Shown here: piece after piece, positions 51,174-64,000 of the stretch
Numbering within the stretch: position 1 is the stretch's first letter
How the letters are laid out: each line of letters starts with the position of its first letter
DNA from: Azolla caroliniana
Lineage: Eukaryota; Plantae; Polypodiophyta
Length of the DNA: 64,000 bases
Direction: 5' to 3'
Assembly: GCA_043228905.1 (NCBI GenBank)
Contig: JBHGNT010000010.1
Span: 10,478,001-10,542,000, forward strand
The notes under the pieces: model-generated
What the model was told of the DNA's origin: nothing
Database searches by the model: none
The model's input: only the letters and a program-made list of their open reading frames with translations
Program-made: the position numbers and the translations under genes

Positions 51174-51709
51174 AGCTAAGTCGCATGTAAGCAATAGTTC
51201 AAATCGCAGACAACGAGATGGGCTCTAACATGTATCGATGTGTACAACTTCCCCATTCCACAAAGAATATGGTTTTGTAGTTATGTTCAACATTTGTAGT
51301 TATGTTCAACATTTGTAGTGTAATGTGTGAACCGTGAGCCTCCACATTTGCCCCATGACATGATACATTGGCGTTGTAAAAAGGCCTCATTTACAAAGGA
51401 ATCTAGTGATGCATCATGAAGCAAGTGTCTTGCATCCCATCTACCAAACCATTTTTCTAAATCTTGCATCCAGCCGAAACAAAAAATTTTGCTTTTATGC
51501 ATCTTTTGGATCTTTTTGCTTGCTTCCCATGCAATTCTAGGAAGTTGATGTGAGTGACTTTTTTGAACCTTATGCATGTATTCAACAACCCTTTCCATGG
51601 CCATGATCTCAATGGGAAGAGATCCCATCTCGAGGAGGAGGAGGGTGTAGGGGATTTGTTTCTTAACTTGTAGAAACTTTGTAAGAAAATGTTTTTGGAC
51701 ATTTTCAAA

Positions 51710-51712
<3 letters not shown>
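51174..51712 (-). mobile_element. 5'-truncated LINE fragment next to (GA)n 51713-51740
   Basis: ORF 51287..51628 (LPRIAWEAS..WMQDLEKW) followed by an SSH-type motif at about 51180. Confidence 0.7.
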
Positions 51713-51745
<33 letters not shown>

Positions 51746-52969
51746 CTACAAACTCCGTAGTGCCAACTAGTAAATCTACGAATTCAAGAATGATCATAAT
51801 GAGGAAAAGATCCTCCTTATATTAGTCCAAATTTGGCCGTTGTCGTGAAGATTTTCGGCAATGGTGTGAAAATCACATAAAACGTACAAAATTGAATATA
51901 AATCACATAAAACAATAATAGTGAAGATAAAATTTTAAATAAGTTCAATATCTAAGTACAAAATGATGGAGGTCTTCAAGAGCTTTCGAATGCACTTTAT
52001 TACACGAGAAACGGACAACTAGATGTCAAGATATGAGGGTATAAAGTTTGTGAAAGGAAAAGAAAAAACTGTGAGATATCCCGCATAGGCATGACAAATA
52101 CGGCTCTCATCATATATAAGGTAGAGCAAAAGCTATTATCTTTGTGTCTATGTGTGAAGCATAGAGATTTCAAGGTAACTTGAATTAAGAGTGGAGGTGG
52201 CCTAGCTACTCGTAAAGGTTTTGGCCAACCAAAACCAAACCGGCGATGGAGCCGGTGATCCGACAGCAGCCGGCAAAGAGACGGTGGCACACCGGAAACC
52301 GGTGATCCGGAAAAACCGACCTCTGAAGGAGCCGGCGAGCTGGTGGAACCAACATCCGGCGGCAACCGGCGAGGCGCCGGCCGGAAACCGGCATCCAGCG
52401 ACTAGATAAATAAATATATAAATATATATACATAAACAAGGAGGGCAAGTAAAGATTCGAACCTTGCACCTCCAAGTTAGGAGTCAATTGGCTTACCACT
52501 AAGCCAAGATATTTAGTTCAAATTATATTTCTATCATCATACTTTTACATGTAAATTCTTATGCATGAGAGCTCAAATGAGTGACATGGTTATCATGCAC
52601 CACATGTAATACACGAGCGCCAAATGGCAAACATGCATCATATGCATGGGGGCATCTATAAAAGGATGGATGAAAATATATTATGGATCCATGTATGAAC
52701 TAAGAAATTAATGAGAAGAAAATTCATTGATGATATATCTTGTTTCTTAAATCAAGAGTTAAAATCTTAATCTCAATATCTCTCTCTTAACCATATCAAT
52801 CTTTCTCAATCTAAGTCAAGCATTTAATCTTAATCTCTTTCTCTCTCTCAATCTATCCTAAATACTTTCTTGCTAAGCTTGGTGCAAACTTCGATCCTTC
52901 TGGTCCAAAACCCCGGCGGTTCCGCCTCACGATCCGCGCCTAGTGACGGATCTTCACAACATAATTTAG

Positions 52970-52987
52970 TGGTGAACCCGACGTGAA
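52970..52987 (+). promoter_or_regulatory. Primer-binding site complementary to the tRNA-Trp 3' end
   Basis: TGGTGAACCCGACGTGAA is the reverse complement of the plant cytosolic tRNA-Trp 3' end as recalled; 8 nt downstream of the LTR. Confidence 0.8.
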
Positions 52988-53028
52988 AGAGGCGGTAGGA
53001 AGGATCAAGCCAAGATTAATACTTGGAG

Positions 53029-56000
53029 ATGGCATCCTCAAGCAACCAAGCGGGAGAGCTCAAAAGGATAATGCTAATCGTTGAACAAATGATGAGATCT
53101 TGAGACAACGATGCGAGTGTGGAGAAGGCTATCGACCGTGTCGTAGAGCTCGAGGGTCAATTTGATGGAAGGAACGTTACGAAGTTCCTTGACACATATA
53201 GAAGGGAGATGAATCAGAGGGACGTGTCGGAAGCACGTCAAATCGCAAGCTTCAAGAGAGTTGTCGCCAAGAACGTCCAAAAACGCGTCATCGAACTTTA
53301 AGAAGGTAAGACAACATGGTCCAAGTTCGAGAAAATGATACTAGCGGAGTTCACGACTGAAGACTCAACGAGGATGACTCGACATGCCCTGATGAAGTGG
53401 ATAGAGAAGAAGAATAAGAAGATGAGCGCCTCGAGGGTGTACGACGAATTCGACCTGATGTTTAGTCGTCTCCCCAACACGGACCAGGTGTTGCTTGAAG
53501 AGGACAAGACTTTGTACTTCCTGAAGGCCGTGGACATGAAGATAGACGGGAGTTGGGGACTCTTCTCGAAGATGATACCCAAGCAAACGGGCTTGTGGCA
53601 GACTGGGTTGCGGTGAAGCGAGCATGCAATAGGCTCGACAAGCATCGTCAGTGGGTTGATGACACCGACTTGGCAGGATCGACTGTTGCGGAGAAAACAA
53701 GACAACCGAAAGTAGCTGAGCCGCCCAAACAAAGCAGTCCGGAAGAAAAGAAGATTGATGACGACATCATTGAAGAGCTAGCGAAGAAGTTCGAGAAGGT
53801 CACGTTAGCCAACATGAATCATCGGGGGGCCAAAGGAAAAGAACCCTTTAGATGCGTGTGGTGCGATAGCATGGACCACATGAGAAGGGATTGCGTGAGC
53901 CTTCGAGAGGCGATCCGACAAAATATCGTGTACATAGCTGACAACATGATCTGCTCGAGCGAGACTAGAACACCCCTACGGGTGAATTTCGGAAGAGGAG
54001 GAATGAAGAAAGCTATAGAGGATGCTGATGCAACTCATGTGGATGTGATGCATTATGCTGCGTCAGCCGGAATAAGAGTCGGGAAAGACATAAATGAAGC
54101 TGCGAAAGTGGGAGCCAAGTTTTGGTCTTCCGTTCTCGAGTATGAGAAGATGGGGAAGGTCACATCGAACGAGGTAGAGCTTGCGAATCGAAGCGTGCAA
54201 AGCATAACTGGGTGGCTGGATCCGGTGAACGACAACACCATACTCACGGAGGTGATGTGCGACAACCACAAGGTGTTCGTCGAAGAAAAGAGAAAAAGAA
54301 TAGAAGAGCAAGGACCATCAAAAAGACATGAAACAAGGAACGCGAAAAAGAAGGACGATGTGGAGACGAGTCGACCTTTACAAACGGAGGAACGAGAATC
54401 AAGCTGTAAAGGGGAGCCGAGCATATGAGTTGAAGAAACGGTTCGGCCCGTGAAGGTTCGTGTCGAAGACCCCGCTCGGAGGACAAGGACTATACCTACC
54501 TATAAGCTAAGGTTGGACATAGAGCAGACGACGGACCTAAAGAAGATTCTCGAAGAACGAGTTCTTGATAGCCACGTGACTTTGTCCTTGAGGGAATTGC
54601 TTGGCATTACGAAGAAGGAATTCCATGACACGATCGTGGACCTTGTAAAGAGAAAAGACAACAATCGGACGAGGAAGAAGAGAAGCTGCAAAAAGCAAAA
54701 ACGAATGCCATAACGATGGCAAGAGACGAAGTCGATGAAGATATGGTGGACAGCCACTATACTCGACCTCATTGGGCACGAGCGACAACGAAGACGCCGA
54801 TGAAGATCGGGGAGAAGAAAGAGACCGTGGTAGCTTTGATCGACCACGGCTCGGAGATCAACCTCATGTCAACCGACTTCTACAAAAAAGGAAGATGTCC
54901 AATCAATACAAACAACGGATGGAAGATTCGCACGGCAACAAAGTCTACGGAGGACTTGTACGGAGCTTGTCCCAATGTCAAAGTCACAATCGGGGATGTG
55001 GAGATGGATCAACACTTCTTCGTAGAAGAATCGGCGTCGCATCCTGTCATCCTAGGGCAACCTTATATCACATCATCTCGGATGGAGACCAAAGTGTTCA
55101 ATAATGGAGCAGCCTTCGCACGAATAAAGAGTCTTGACAACCAAAGCTCGGTCCAATTCCTAACGGTGCGAGCCAATCATGAAAGGAATCGAGATAGTCT
55201 CGGAGGCGAATCCTCGGATTTTTAGGGCGGACTATTGAAGCATGGGACACAAATAGTCCGAGCAATCACAAGACTCCACAAGAAAGAAGAGTGTGTGGAT
55301 TGCGAGGAGAAGCAACATGTGTCACACCTAGTGGCGCATGTAAACTAGTACTACCCGACAAGAAGGACAAGCGTCGGATACAAGAATTCGAGAAGATGTT
55401 GAAAGAAGAAAACATAATAGAAGAAGGAGAGTTCGTGACTCATATTATGGAAGAAGCCTCATTTAATGACACCATCGGCGAAATCAAAGAAGTCGTGGAC
55501 TTGAGCTATCTTCATGATCATTATGTGATTTCGGTTAACTCTGTCAACATGTATGCTATCATCGATGAATACCGTCGTGGCATCTCAATGAAGGAAGCTG
55601 ACATCAACACGAAATATAAAACGGTGGATAAGAAGATCAAGCCAATTGTGGTTCCGCTACCGGAAGATAGCTGGCAAAAGATGAAGGAAGTCACTAACGA
55701 TCCAAGCTTAAGAGATCCGAAGACGATAGGTCATGTCTTCACCAAAGAGACGAAGGGGAAACTACGAGTTGGAAAGGAGGATTTCCTTCTCCCTGAAGAG
55801 GAGCGAATGTTTCGCGATATGCTTGAGAGACATGGGAAGGCTTTCGCATTCTTCCCACGAGAAATCGGATGTGCCGACCCAAAGGTTATAGAGCCGATGG
55901 TGATCTTCACGGTGCCTCATGTGCCTTGGAATTTGAAACCGATACTGGTTCCGAGAGCACACCTTCCGAAGCTCATCGAGCTCTTAAAGGAGAAGGTGAG

Positions 56001-58698
56001 TATGGGAATTCTAGAACCGTCGAATGCTCCTTATTCCAATAGGTGGTTCACGGTGCCGAAGAAGGATGGATCATTGCGATTCATCCAAGATCTTCAACCC
56101 GTCAACAAGGTGACAATTCGAAATGCCGAAATTGGTTCGAGCGTGGACGAATTTGCCGAAGCGTTTGCAGGCCGGTCCATCTACTCCATTGGTGATCTCT
56201 TCTCCGGATATGACCAATTCCAATTGGCGATCGACAGTCGGGACATTACAACCATGAGGACTCCGATCGGGCTTGTGCAGATGTATACCTTACCCCAAGG
56301 CGCAACGAACTCTGTGGCTCATATGGTGAATGCCATGAATAAAGTCTTGAAGGATTGCATCCCGGACATCACAATGCCATTCTTGGATGATATTCCGATA
56401 AAAGGATGTTTGGATGAGGAGAAACATGAATCGAAAGATAAGGAAGGTTGTAGAAAGTTCGTTGCGAATCATATGAAAGATTGTGAGAAGGTGCTTCAAA
56501 GGCTCAAAGATGCGAATTTGACATTTTCGGGAGAAAAATCCGCATTCGGGCAACCGGAGATCTTGGTGGTAGGTCACTTGTGTGGGGCATATGGCCGAAA
56601 GCCTTCGCCATACAAAGTGAACGTGATCCAAGACATGAAAGAAGAATGTGAAAACCAAACGGAGGTTAGAAGGTTCCTTGGAGCATGCGCATTTTATCAT
56701 ATCTGGATTCTGCACTACGCTCATGTCACCGAACCGTTATATGGACTACTAAAGAAAAGAATGAAGTTCGAATGGCGAGACGAGCACACAAATGCGATGC
56801 GAATATTGAAGAAACTGCTTCTTGAAGCTCCGGCACTAAGGAAGGCTGACTATGTGAAAGGGAAGCCGATTTACGTGACCGTAGATACGAGCCCAACCGG
56901 AATCGGGTGGGTCATCAATCAAGAAGGAGAAGATAATGCGTGATATGTCGTCCGGTTCGGAGCAAAGATTCTCAGCGAATGACAAAAAAGATATGCCCAA
57001 GTCAAGCGGGAACTTTGGAGTATTGTGTCGGCAGTGAAGATGGACAAAGATTACCTGATCGGGTCGGAAGTGATAATAGAGACAGATTGTCTCCCAACTC
57101 TCGGAATGGTCTCGGGATGTGCGACCCTAGATCTTGCTATGCTAAGGTGGATCGCCTACATCAAGTCTTTAAACCCAGAGATCCGTCACATTGCAGAGAA
57201 GAAGAACGCCATGGCTGACATGCTGTCGAGGGCAAGATTTGAAAATGGAAGTGACATGGTTTCGGAAGATGAAGATGTCGCCCTCGACTTCTTCAAGATG
57301 GCTCGATTGTCGGCGGAAGACCAGGACACGCAAACCCTCCATGCCTTCAACAAGAACGAGTACGAAGGAGAGTGGTTACTCATCGGTAGATTCCTAAGAA
57401 CATTGACGACAGATGCTTCGTTGACAAAGGAGGAGGCCCTACGAATCCGGAAGAAAGCTTACCGATACTTCTTGAAGGGAGGATTCCTTTGATGACATCC
57501 AAAAAGAAGGACAGGAATACCACGTCGAGTGGTGGTGAAGAAAGAAGAACAAGAGACGCTGATGACCGAATTCCACGAGAGTGCTTGGGCAGGTCATAGA
57601 GGAACATGGGCGACGTTTGAGAAGTTGAAGGAGAAGTATTGGTGGCCAAGCATGTATAAAGATGTACTCCATTTCGTGTCCACATGCGAAACTTGCCAAT
57701 TTTATTCAAATATACGTCATCGTGATGAGTTACAGTCGACATACCCACTCACCATACACTTCAAATGGATGGTGGATCTGGTCTCAATGCCAATGGGAGT
57801 GCAACAAATGAAGTACTTAGTGCTGGCAAGGGAAGACTTGACAAATCAAGCGGAAGGACCAGCCTTGACAAATAAGACGACTTCAACCGTTTGAAAATTT
57901 CTACTTGTAGAGGTTGTTTGCCGATACGGATGTGTGGGGAAGATAGTGGCCGACCAAGGGGAGTTGGATGCGCACGAAGCGATGGAGCTCTTCGAACGAC
58001 TAGGCGTGAAGCTCTCCCTCACGACTGCCTACAATCCGGAAGCGAATGGGAAGATCGAGCGAGGGCATGGACCTATCATCAAAGCCATCGTACGGGCATA
58101 CAACGGTCAAGTCAGGAATTGGCCACGACTATTACCCTATGCCTTGTGGGCCGACAGAACGACACACAGCTCGGTGACAGGGTATATGCCGACGAAGCTT
58201 ATGTATAGACAAAAGCCGGTAATGCCCATCGAAAGGACGATCGCCTCATGGGTAGCGATACTGTGGGAGAACGAGATGAGCCAAGAAGAGTTATTAGCGG
58301 CGCAGATAAGGCAACTTGAAGATCTAGAAAAAGCGTGAAAGATGATGGAGGTAGCCTGAGTAAAGAACAAAGTTCGATTCGACAACACGCATCGACTTCG
58401 TCCCAAGAAGATTCAAGAAGGAGATTGGGTTTTGGTTTACGACAACAGCCTTGACAATCAACACAGTACAACAAGAAAGATCGCAAGAAGATGGTTCGGG
58501 CCGTATGTGGTGACAAGTGCCAACGATAATGCCACATACCACCTTGCGGAGCTAGATGGATCAAGGTTGGTCGTACCCATTGCAGGAAAAAGACTAAAGA
58601 TTTTCAAGAAAAGACAAGACGAGGATCCTAACCTCGATCACCTTGACGATGAACATAATAGGACGAATGTAAATGAAGACATGGAGGAATCTGATTGA
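53029..58698 (+). pseudogene. Gypsy F gag-PR / RT-RH-IN
   Basis: CVWCDSMDHMRRDC knuckle; LIDHGSEIN protease; LPQGATNS and FLDD RT; VDTSPTGIG RNase H; WAGHRG..CETC, NPEANGKIER and FGPY integrase; several stops. Confidence 0.94.
55216..55260 (+). promoter_or_regulatory. Putative -1 ribosomal frameshift signal
   Basis: G_GAT_TTT immediately before the TAG stop, 5-nt spacer, 9-bp stem CGGACTATT/AATAGTCCG; the -1 frame is open into RT. Confidence 0.75.
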
Positions 58699-61600
58699 TC
58701 ATCGTAGCCGAAATCTCACTTTCTCTCTTCTTGGCACATACCGGAGGACGTGCGGTTTGGTGGGGGTGGATGTCATGAAGATTTTCGGCAATGGTGTGAA
58801 AATCACATAAAACGTACAAAATCAAGTATGAATCACATAAAACAATAATAGTGAAGATAACATTTTAAATAAGTTTAATATCTAAGTACAAAATGATAGA
58901 GGTCTTCAAGAGCTTTCGAATGCACTTTATTACACGAGAAACAGATAACTAGATGTCAAGATATGAAGGTATAAAGTTTGTGAAAGGAAAAGAGAAAACT
59001 CTGAGATATCCCACATAGGCACGACAAATACGGCTCTCATCATATATAAGGTAGAGCAAAAGCTATTATCTTTGTGTTTATGTGTGAAGCATAGAGATTT
59101 CAAGGTAACTTGAACTATGAGTGGAGGTGGCCTAGCTACTCGTAAAGGTTTTGGCCAACCAAAACCGGACCGGCGATGGAGTCGGTGATCCGGCGAGCCA
59201 GTGGAACCAACATCCAGCAGCCACCGATAACCGGCGACATCCGATGAACCGGCTGGAAACCGGCATCCGACGACTAGATAAATAAATATATAAATATATA
59301 TACATAAACAAGGAGGGCAAGTAAAGATTCGAACCTTGCACCTCCAAGTTAGGAGTCAATTGGCTTACCACTAAGCCAAGATATTTAGCTAAAATTATAT
59401 TTCTATCATCGTACTTTTACATGTAAATTCTTATGCATGAGAGCTAAAATGAGTGACATGGTTATCATGCACCACATGTAATACACGAGCGTTAAATGGC
59501 AAACATGCATCATATGCATGGGGGCATCTATAAAAGGATGGATGAAAATATATTATGGATCCATGTATGAACTAAGAAATTAATGAGAAGAAAATTCATT
59601 GATGATATATCTTGTTTCTTAAATCAAGAGTTAAAATCTTAATCTCAATATCTCTCTCTTAACCATATCAATCTTTCTCAATCTAAGTCAAGCGTTTAAT
59701 CTTAATCTCTTTCTCTCTCTCAATCTATCCTAAATACTTTCTTGCTAAGCTTGGTGCGAACTTCGATCCTTCCGGTCCAGAACCCCGACGGTTCCGCCTC
59801 GCGATCCGCGCCTAGTGACGGATCTTCACGACACCGTTGTGAATAGTTGTTTGGCGACTACTCATTGGATAGTCCCTTGGTATTACCTATCGGGACAAAC
59901 CATGGTGGAGCCCTTTTTGGGACTCGGATTGGGCCCCGTGGCGTGTCCCTGTTAATTTTGGAACTCTGTCCCAATTGGAACTGAATAAGACCACAAATAG
60001 GTTATATTAAACCATAGTTAAAAATCAACAAAGCAAGTCTATAAGTGATGACAACATCACCTTGGTCATCTTAGGCCTCTCATCTCTTCATGATTCGCTA
60101 CCTTGTGCTTTGGCTTGTTTCTTAAGCATTACATTTAAATCCCCAAATCAACAATAAGCAAGTTAGTATTCTCTCATTTCGATCAATAATGCCACTAACT
60201 TTTCTTTTGAGAATTCACTTGTCATTTCAGGTCGCATGGGTGCCTTTATTTTGGCAAAATCCACATCGACTTATTACATTTACTACACATCCTTGCCTTC
60301 AATTATTCTTTGTAGCTCATCATCTTCTTTCAATTCTCTTTAAGAGTCCAAATTTTACCGTTTAGGTTTATGCTTTGTTATTATTTAAATTTCCTTTCTT
60401 CTAGCATTTTCTCCATAATTACTTGAAACCAAAATCTCAATCTACAACAAAACTTGACTTTTTCACACTTTTGTCTCCAACCACATCATCACACCCCTGA
60501 GATCAAATTTTGACAATGAGGTGTACGTAGTTGATGAATCCACAAATTTTTACATGTTTCTCATCAAATGTTTCTGGCAAGATTATCTTTGGTTCCAATG
60601 TTTGTGACTTGGACAAAAATTCTTCACAATAGGCATGTGAATTCTAAGTTGCTAGAATTCCAAGGTATTATACTTTCCATTTTTAAAGCAACCATCACTT
60701 GGCTAAGGTCAATGACAGGATGTAGAATCTAAGATCTTGGATGTATTTTGATGGAATAGATCAAACTATCACATACATTTGAAGATCAAACAAGAGGATA
60801 TGTGGATGCACCGATAAGGGGATGAGTGGATGAGCAAGAGACTAAGTTAATGACAAGGAGAATGGATGAGGGAACTCAAACGAGAGGAATTGAAAGAACA
60901 AAATTAGACGAGTAGAGTCACAAGAGGTTAGGATCCTAGAAACAATCCATGGGCATGAGATGAGATATGAGGATTAAAGGAATTTGAGGGAGCCAAGTGA
61001 ACAAGATAGAACAACATTAAAAATCATAAAGCAATGATCAGGAAGATAACAATACAATGAATTACATTTAATATTGTCGTTGATCTACATGAGATCATAT
61101 AAAGGCAAATTCCCTTTCCATAAATATATTATTGATACTAATGTATAGACAAATCATTGATAAAGATTTATGTACAATTTGTTAAAAACATCATGGGTTG
61201 TTGAATCATCAAGACTTTGAATGATGTCTTAATTGATAAATAAGGATAAACCATCAATTCAAGTGGAAGGATGAATCATCAAGACCAAGGAATGTTTTTT
61301 GATAGAAGACCAAGGAAAATTGTTGATAAGGAGACTGAAACCAAGTCAAATCATCAAGAGAACTTTAAGTATGTTTGGTCAACAAAATATTTTAAGTAAA
61401 GACTAACTATTTTGGATTTTGTAAAAACTAGAAAGGGATAGCCAAGATTAGTAAGCCTACTAATTAAGATGAACAAGTAGGAGAACATTAACTATTAACC
61501 AACTTAAAAATGGGACAAAAAAATATAAATAAGGACTAAGAAAAAATGCAACAAAAAGATGGAAAGAGAAAAGAACAAAACATTTTGGCTCCTTACTAGG

Positions 61601-62483
61601 ATGCATTATAGTCTCAAGAGCTACAAAAGGCCTTATCAAATGTTTGCATATCCTCATTTTAATCCCCAACAATGATGTCAATGGCTCGTTGACTCAATTG
61701 ATGAGCTAATTATTACCTTCACATTAGATTGTTCCATGGAATCTAGTGGACATGCAACCTTTTGTGGGTCAACTAGGTGATAAGTGGGTGTGGGAGTTCA
61801 CCATACTTGAGCTAATCTAGAATAGGAATCCTAGGCTACCTAAGAAACACGTCCTTCCTCTCTCAAACTAACAAAGAAAATGAAGAGATTAACTCAAAAG
61901 ATGACTTTGACACTTAATCACTTAAAATTAAATCGAAGTAAAGAAATGAGAAATCATACCCCCACTAAACCAATATTATCTCCTTGTTCCCCAATAAACA
62001 AACTTTACAAGAGTAACACTAAAGTGCTTAAGATAAAAGCTTAATTATATTAGCATGAGATGAGAAAATAAAGCAAACATTAGGGCAAAGAAAGAGAAAG
62101 GACCACAAGAGATTAGGGATAGAGCTCTAGCTCTAGGTAAAACTAAAGAATGAAGTTTAAATTTTATATTTTTTCTTCTGTACTTTTTTACATTTTACAC
62201 TTATGTCCCTTTTAACATTTTTGGACATTGGCTCTTACCCTAAGGCTCAACTAACCTCTTTATTGTATATCTTATGATTGCTTAATAATCTATTGTAGAC
62301 AAACTTGTCACTCTAATACCATTTTTTGGAGTTATGATAATCACAATTTTACGTAATCCCTCAAGACTTAAAAGAAGCCAACACTCAAAGACACAGTGAG
62401 AGAGTGCAAAGATTGATTCATCCAAAATTCTAGAGATGGCAGCTTCATTGTTCACAATAGTAGGTATAAGATCATATAGAAGA

Positions 62484-62551
<68 letters not shown>

Positions 62552-62554
<3 letters not shown>

Positions 62555-64000
62555 GCAGACGACATTGTCTTGCTCTTGGAGTTGGAACACGACCTACAAA
62601 AGCATCTTAATGCCCTAGATGACTTTTGTACACAACGAGGACTGGTAGTGAATCTAGCGAAAACTAAAGTCCTTATCTTTCATACATCATCCCGAGTTAG
62701 GAGTAAATGTCAACTAATCCTCTCTAATAAACTAGTTGAGGTAGTTGGATCGTATGCATACTTGGGAGGTACTTTTAGTGCTCACTCAGGTAAATTCTCG
62801 ATGACCCATGCAGCCAAAGATAGGCTAACAAGAGGGTATGCATCCCTCTCACTCTTAGAGAGACAATGCCACCATGCATACTTTCAAGAGCCACGGACTA
62901 AGGGATGGCTCTTCGACTCATTGGTGACCCCTTCTTTCATGTATGCATCAGTAGTATGGGCTCCAGGTCTACCATCTTTCATGTGGACGCAATTAGAGAG
63001 ACCTTTGGTGATGATGTTATCACGTCAACTCCGAAGCAAATCGGCAATACCACATGACATTATTAGAGTAGAGTTCAATCTGCCCCCGATGTTAATAGAA
63101 ACACTTTTTCAAGTGGTAGTTTTTATTCATCGGATACATAGCCAACCACAAGATAGGATATCCCGTCGAGCCTTTGAGGCATCCCGATCCCTACATGCGT
63201 CTGGAGACATTAGCTCTTGGTATAGCACTGTGGTGAGTTGGTTACTTGCAAACGGCATAGACATTAATAACCTACCTCCGTTTAAGTACAACCATGGGAC
63301 TGATCAAACCCTAATCTCTCATGAAGCCCGTAATAAAGTGATATGCCAAGAAATATGGCAAATTTACACTCAATATAAATGGATCACCCCATGAGAGCTA
63401 GTCCCACCGAAAATGTTGTACTATAAAGAACACTTCTTTGCACTTCTCTAAGTTAGGTTTTATTACACGACCAAGATATCTAGATACATTCTTATCAAAT
63501 GCACTAAGGGTAGCCATTGGACAACTTAGGATATCATCTCACCAACTTGAGATTGAGAATGGTCGGGCTAATAGAATCCCTAGAGAGGAAAGGTTATGTC
63601 GGTTATGCCACATACAGATAGAGGATGAGTATCACTTCACATGCAAGTGCCCAACTTATGCCGAGATACGGGCGGAATACCAAGACATATTAGGACCCTC
63701 TCCCACCCTCTCCAAACTATTAGATACCCTGGATGTAAAGAGACTAGGTAAGTATATCTTAGAGCTAAAACAACATAGGGAGAATAAATTGCAAAGTGTT
63801 AACCATAACCCTTTTACTATTCATCAACATGTAACTAGTGTAATTTTTTAGGAACAAGGGGAGACAATGAATGTGGATACACTTACGTCGTTCAGCCTCT
63901 CTCTTGAGGAAGCAGAAATGCAAAGAACAACCAAACGCCCTCGGCTGTTCAGATTCAAAACAAGTTGACACAGAGTAGAAAAGATTAAGAAGATAAGGGA
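62552..64000 (+). mobile_element. 5'-truncated LINE (RT YADD to zinc finger) starting at the end of (CT)n 62487-62551
   Basis: YADDIVLL, GLVVNLAKTKVL, YAYLG, SSHQLEIENGR..REERLCRLC..EDEYHFTCKC; runs off the window end. Confidence 0.92.

Larger units (their letters stand above)
51841..59833 (+). mobile_element. Gypsy F: full-length non-chromoviral (Phygy-like) element
   Basis: LTRs 51841-52961 and 58771-59833; 12-bp terminal inverted repeats TGTCGTGAAGAT/ATCTTCACGACA; 4-bp TSD CCGT; PPT GGTGGGGGTGGA. Confidence 0.96.

Noticed and set aside
59838-62480. Possible gene or LTR element
   Set aside because: No coding motifs or matched termini found; probably decayed repeat sequence, left unannotated

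Overview
Eukaryotic plant nuclear DNA; the TE lineages suggest a non-seed plant such as a fern or lycophyte (inference). The only host gene is a spliced, minus-strand organellar (probably mitochondrial) translation initiation factor IF-2: 5 coding exons in 3627-7090 giving about 726 aa, plus a likely 5' exon near 10.26 kb. From about 11 kb onward the window is a nest of decayed transposons, several delimited exactly by LTR ends and TSDs. One stack is LINE > chromoviral Gypsy A (12986-27880) > Copia B (16991-27587) > Copia C (21412-26876). Copia D (40785-47853) carries Copia E and a LINE. A Trp-primed Gypsy F spans 51841-59833. Most notable: (1) removing Copia D reconstructs a Sola-like DDD transposase divergently paired with an intron-containing beta-class N6A/N4C DNA-methyltransferase-like gene, with an array of palindromes between them; (2) four distinct Gypsy LTR families each carry an antisense tRNA-like A-box/B-box cassette upstream of the TATA box; (3) Gypsy F has a -1 frameshift signal between protease and RT; (4) a group of LINEs appears to target (CT)n microsatellites. 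All family assignments come from motif recognition by eye, not database searches.
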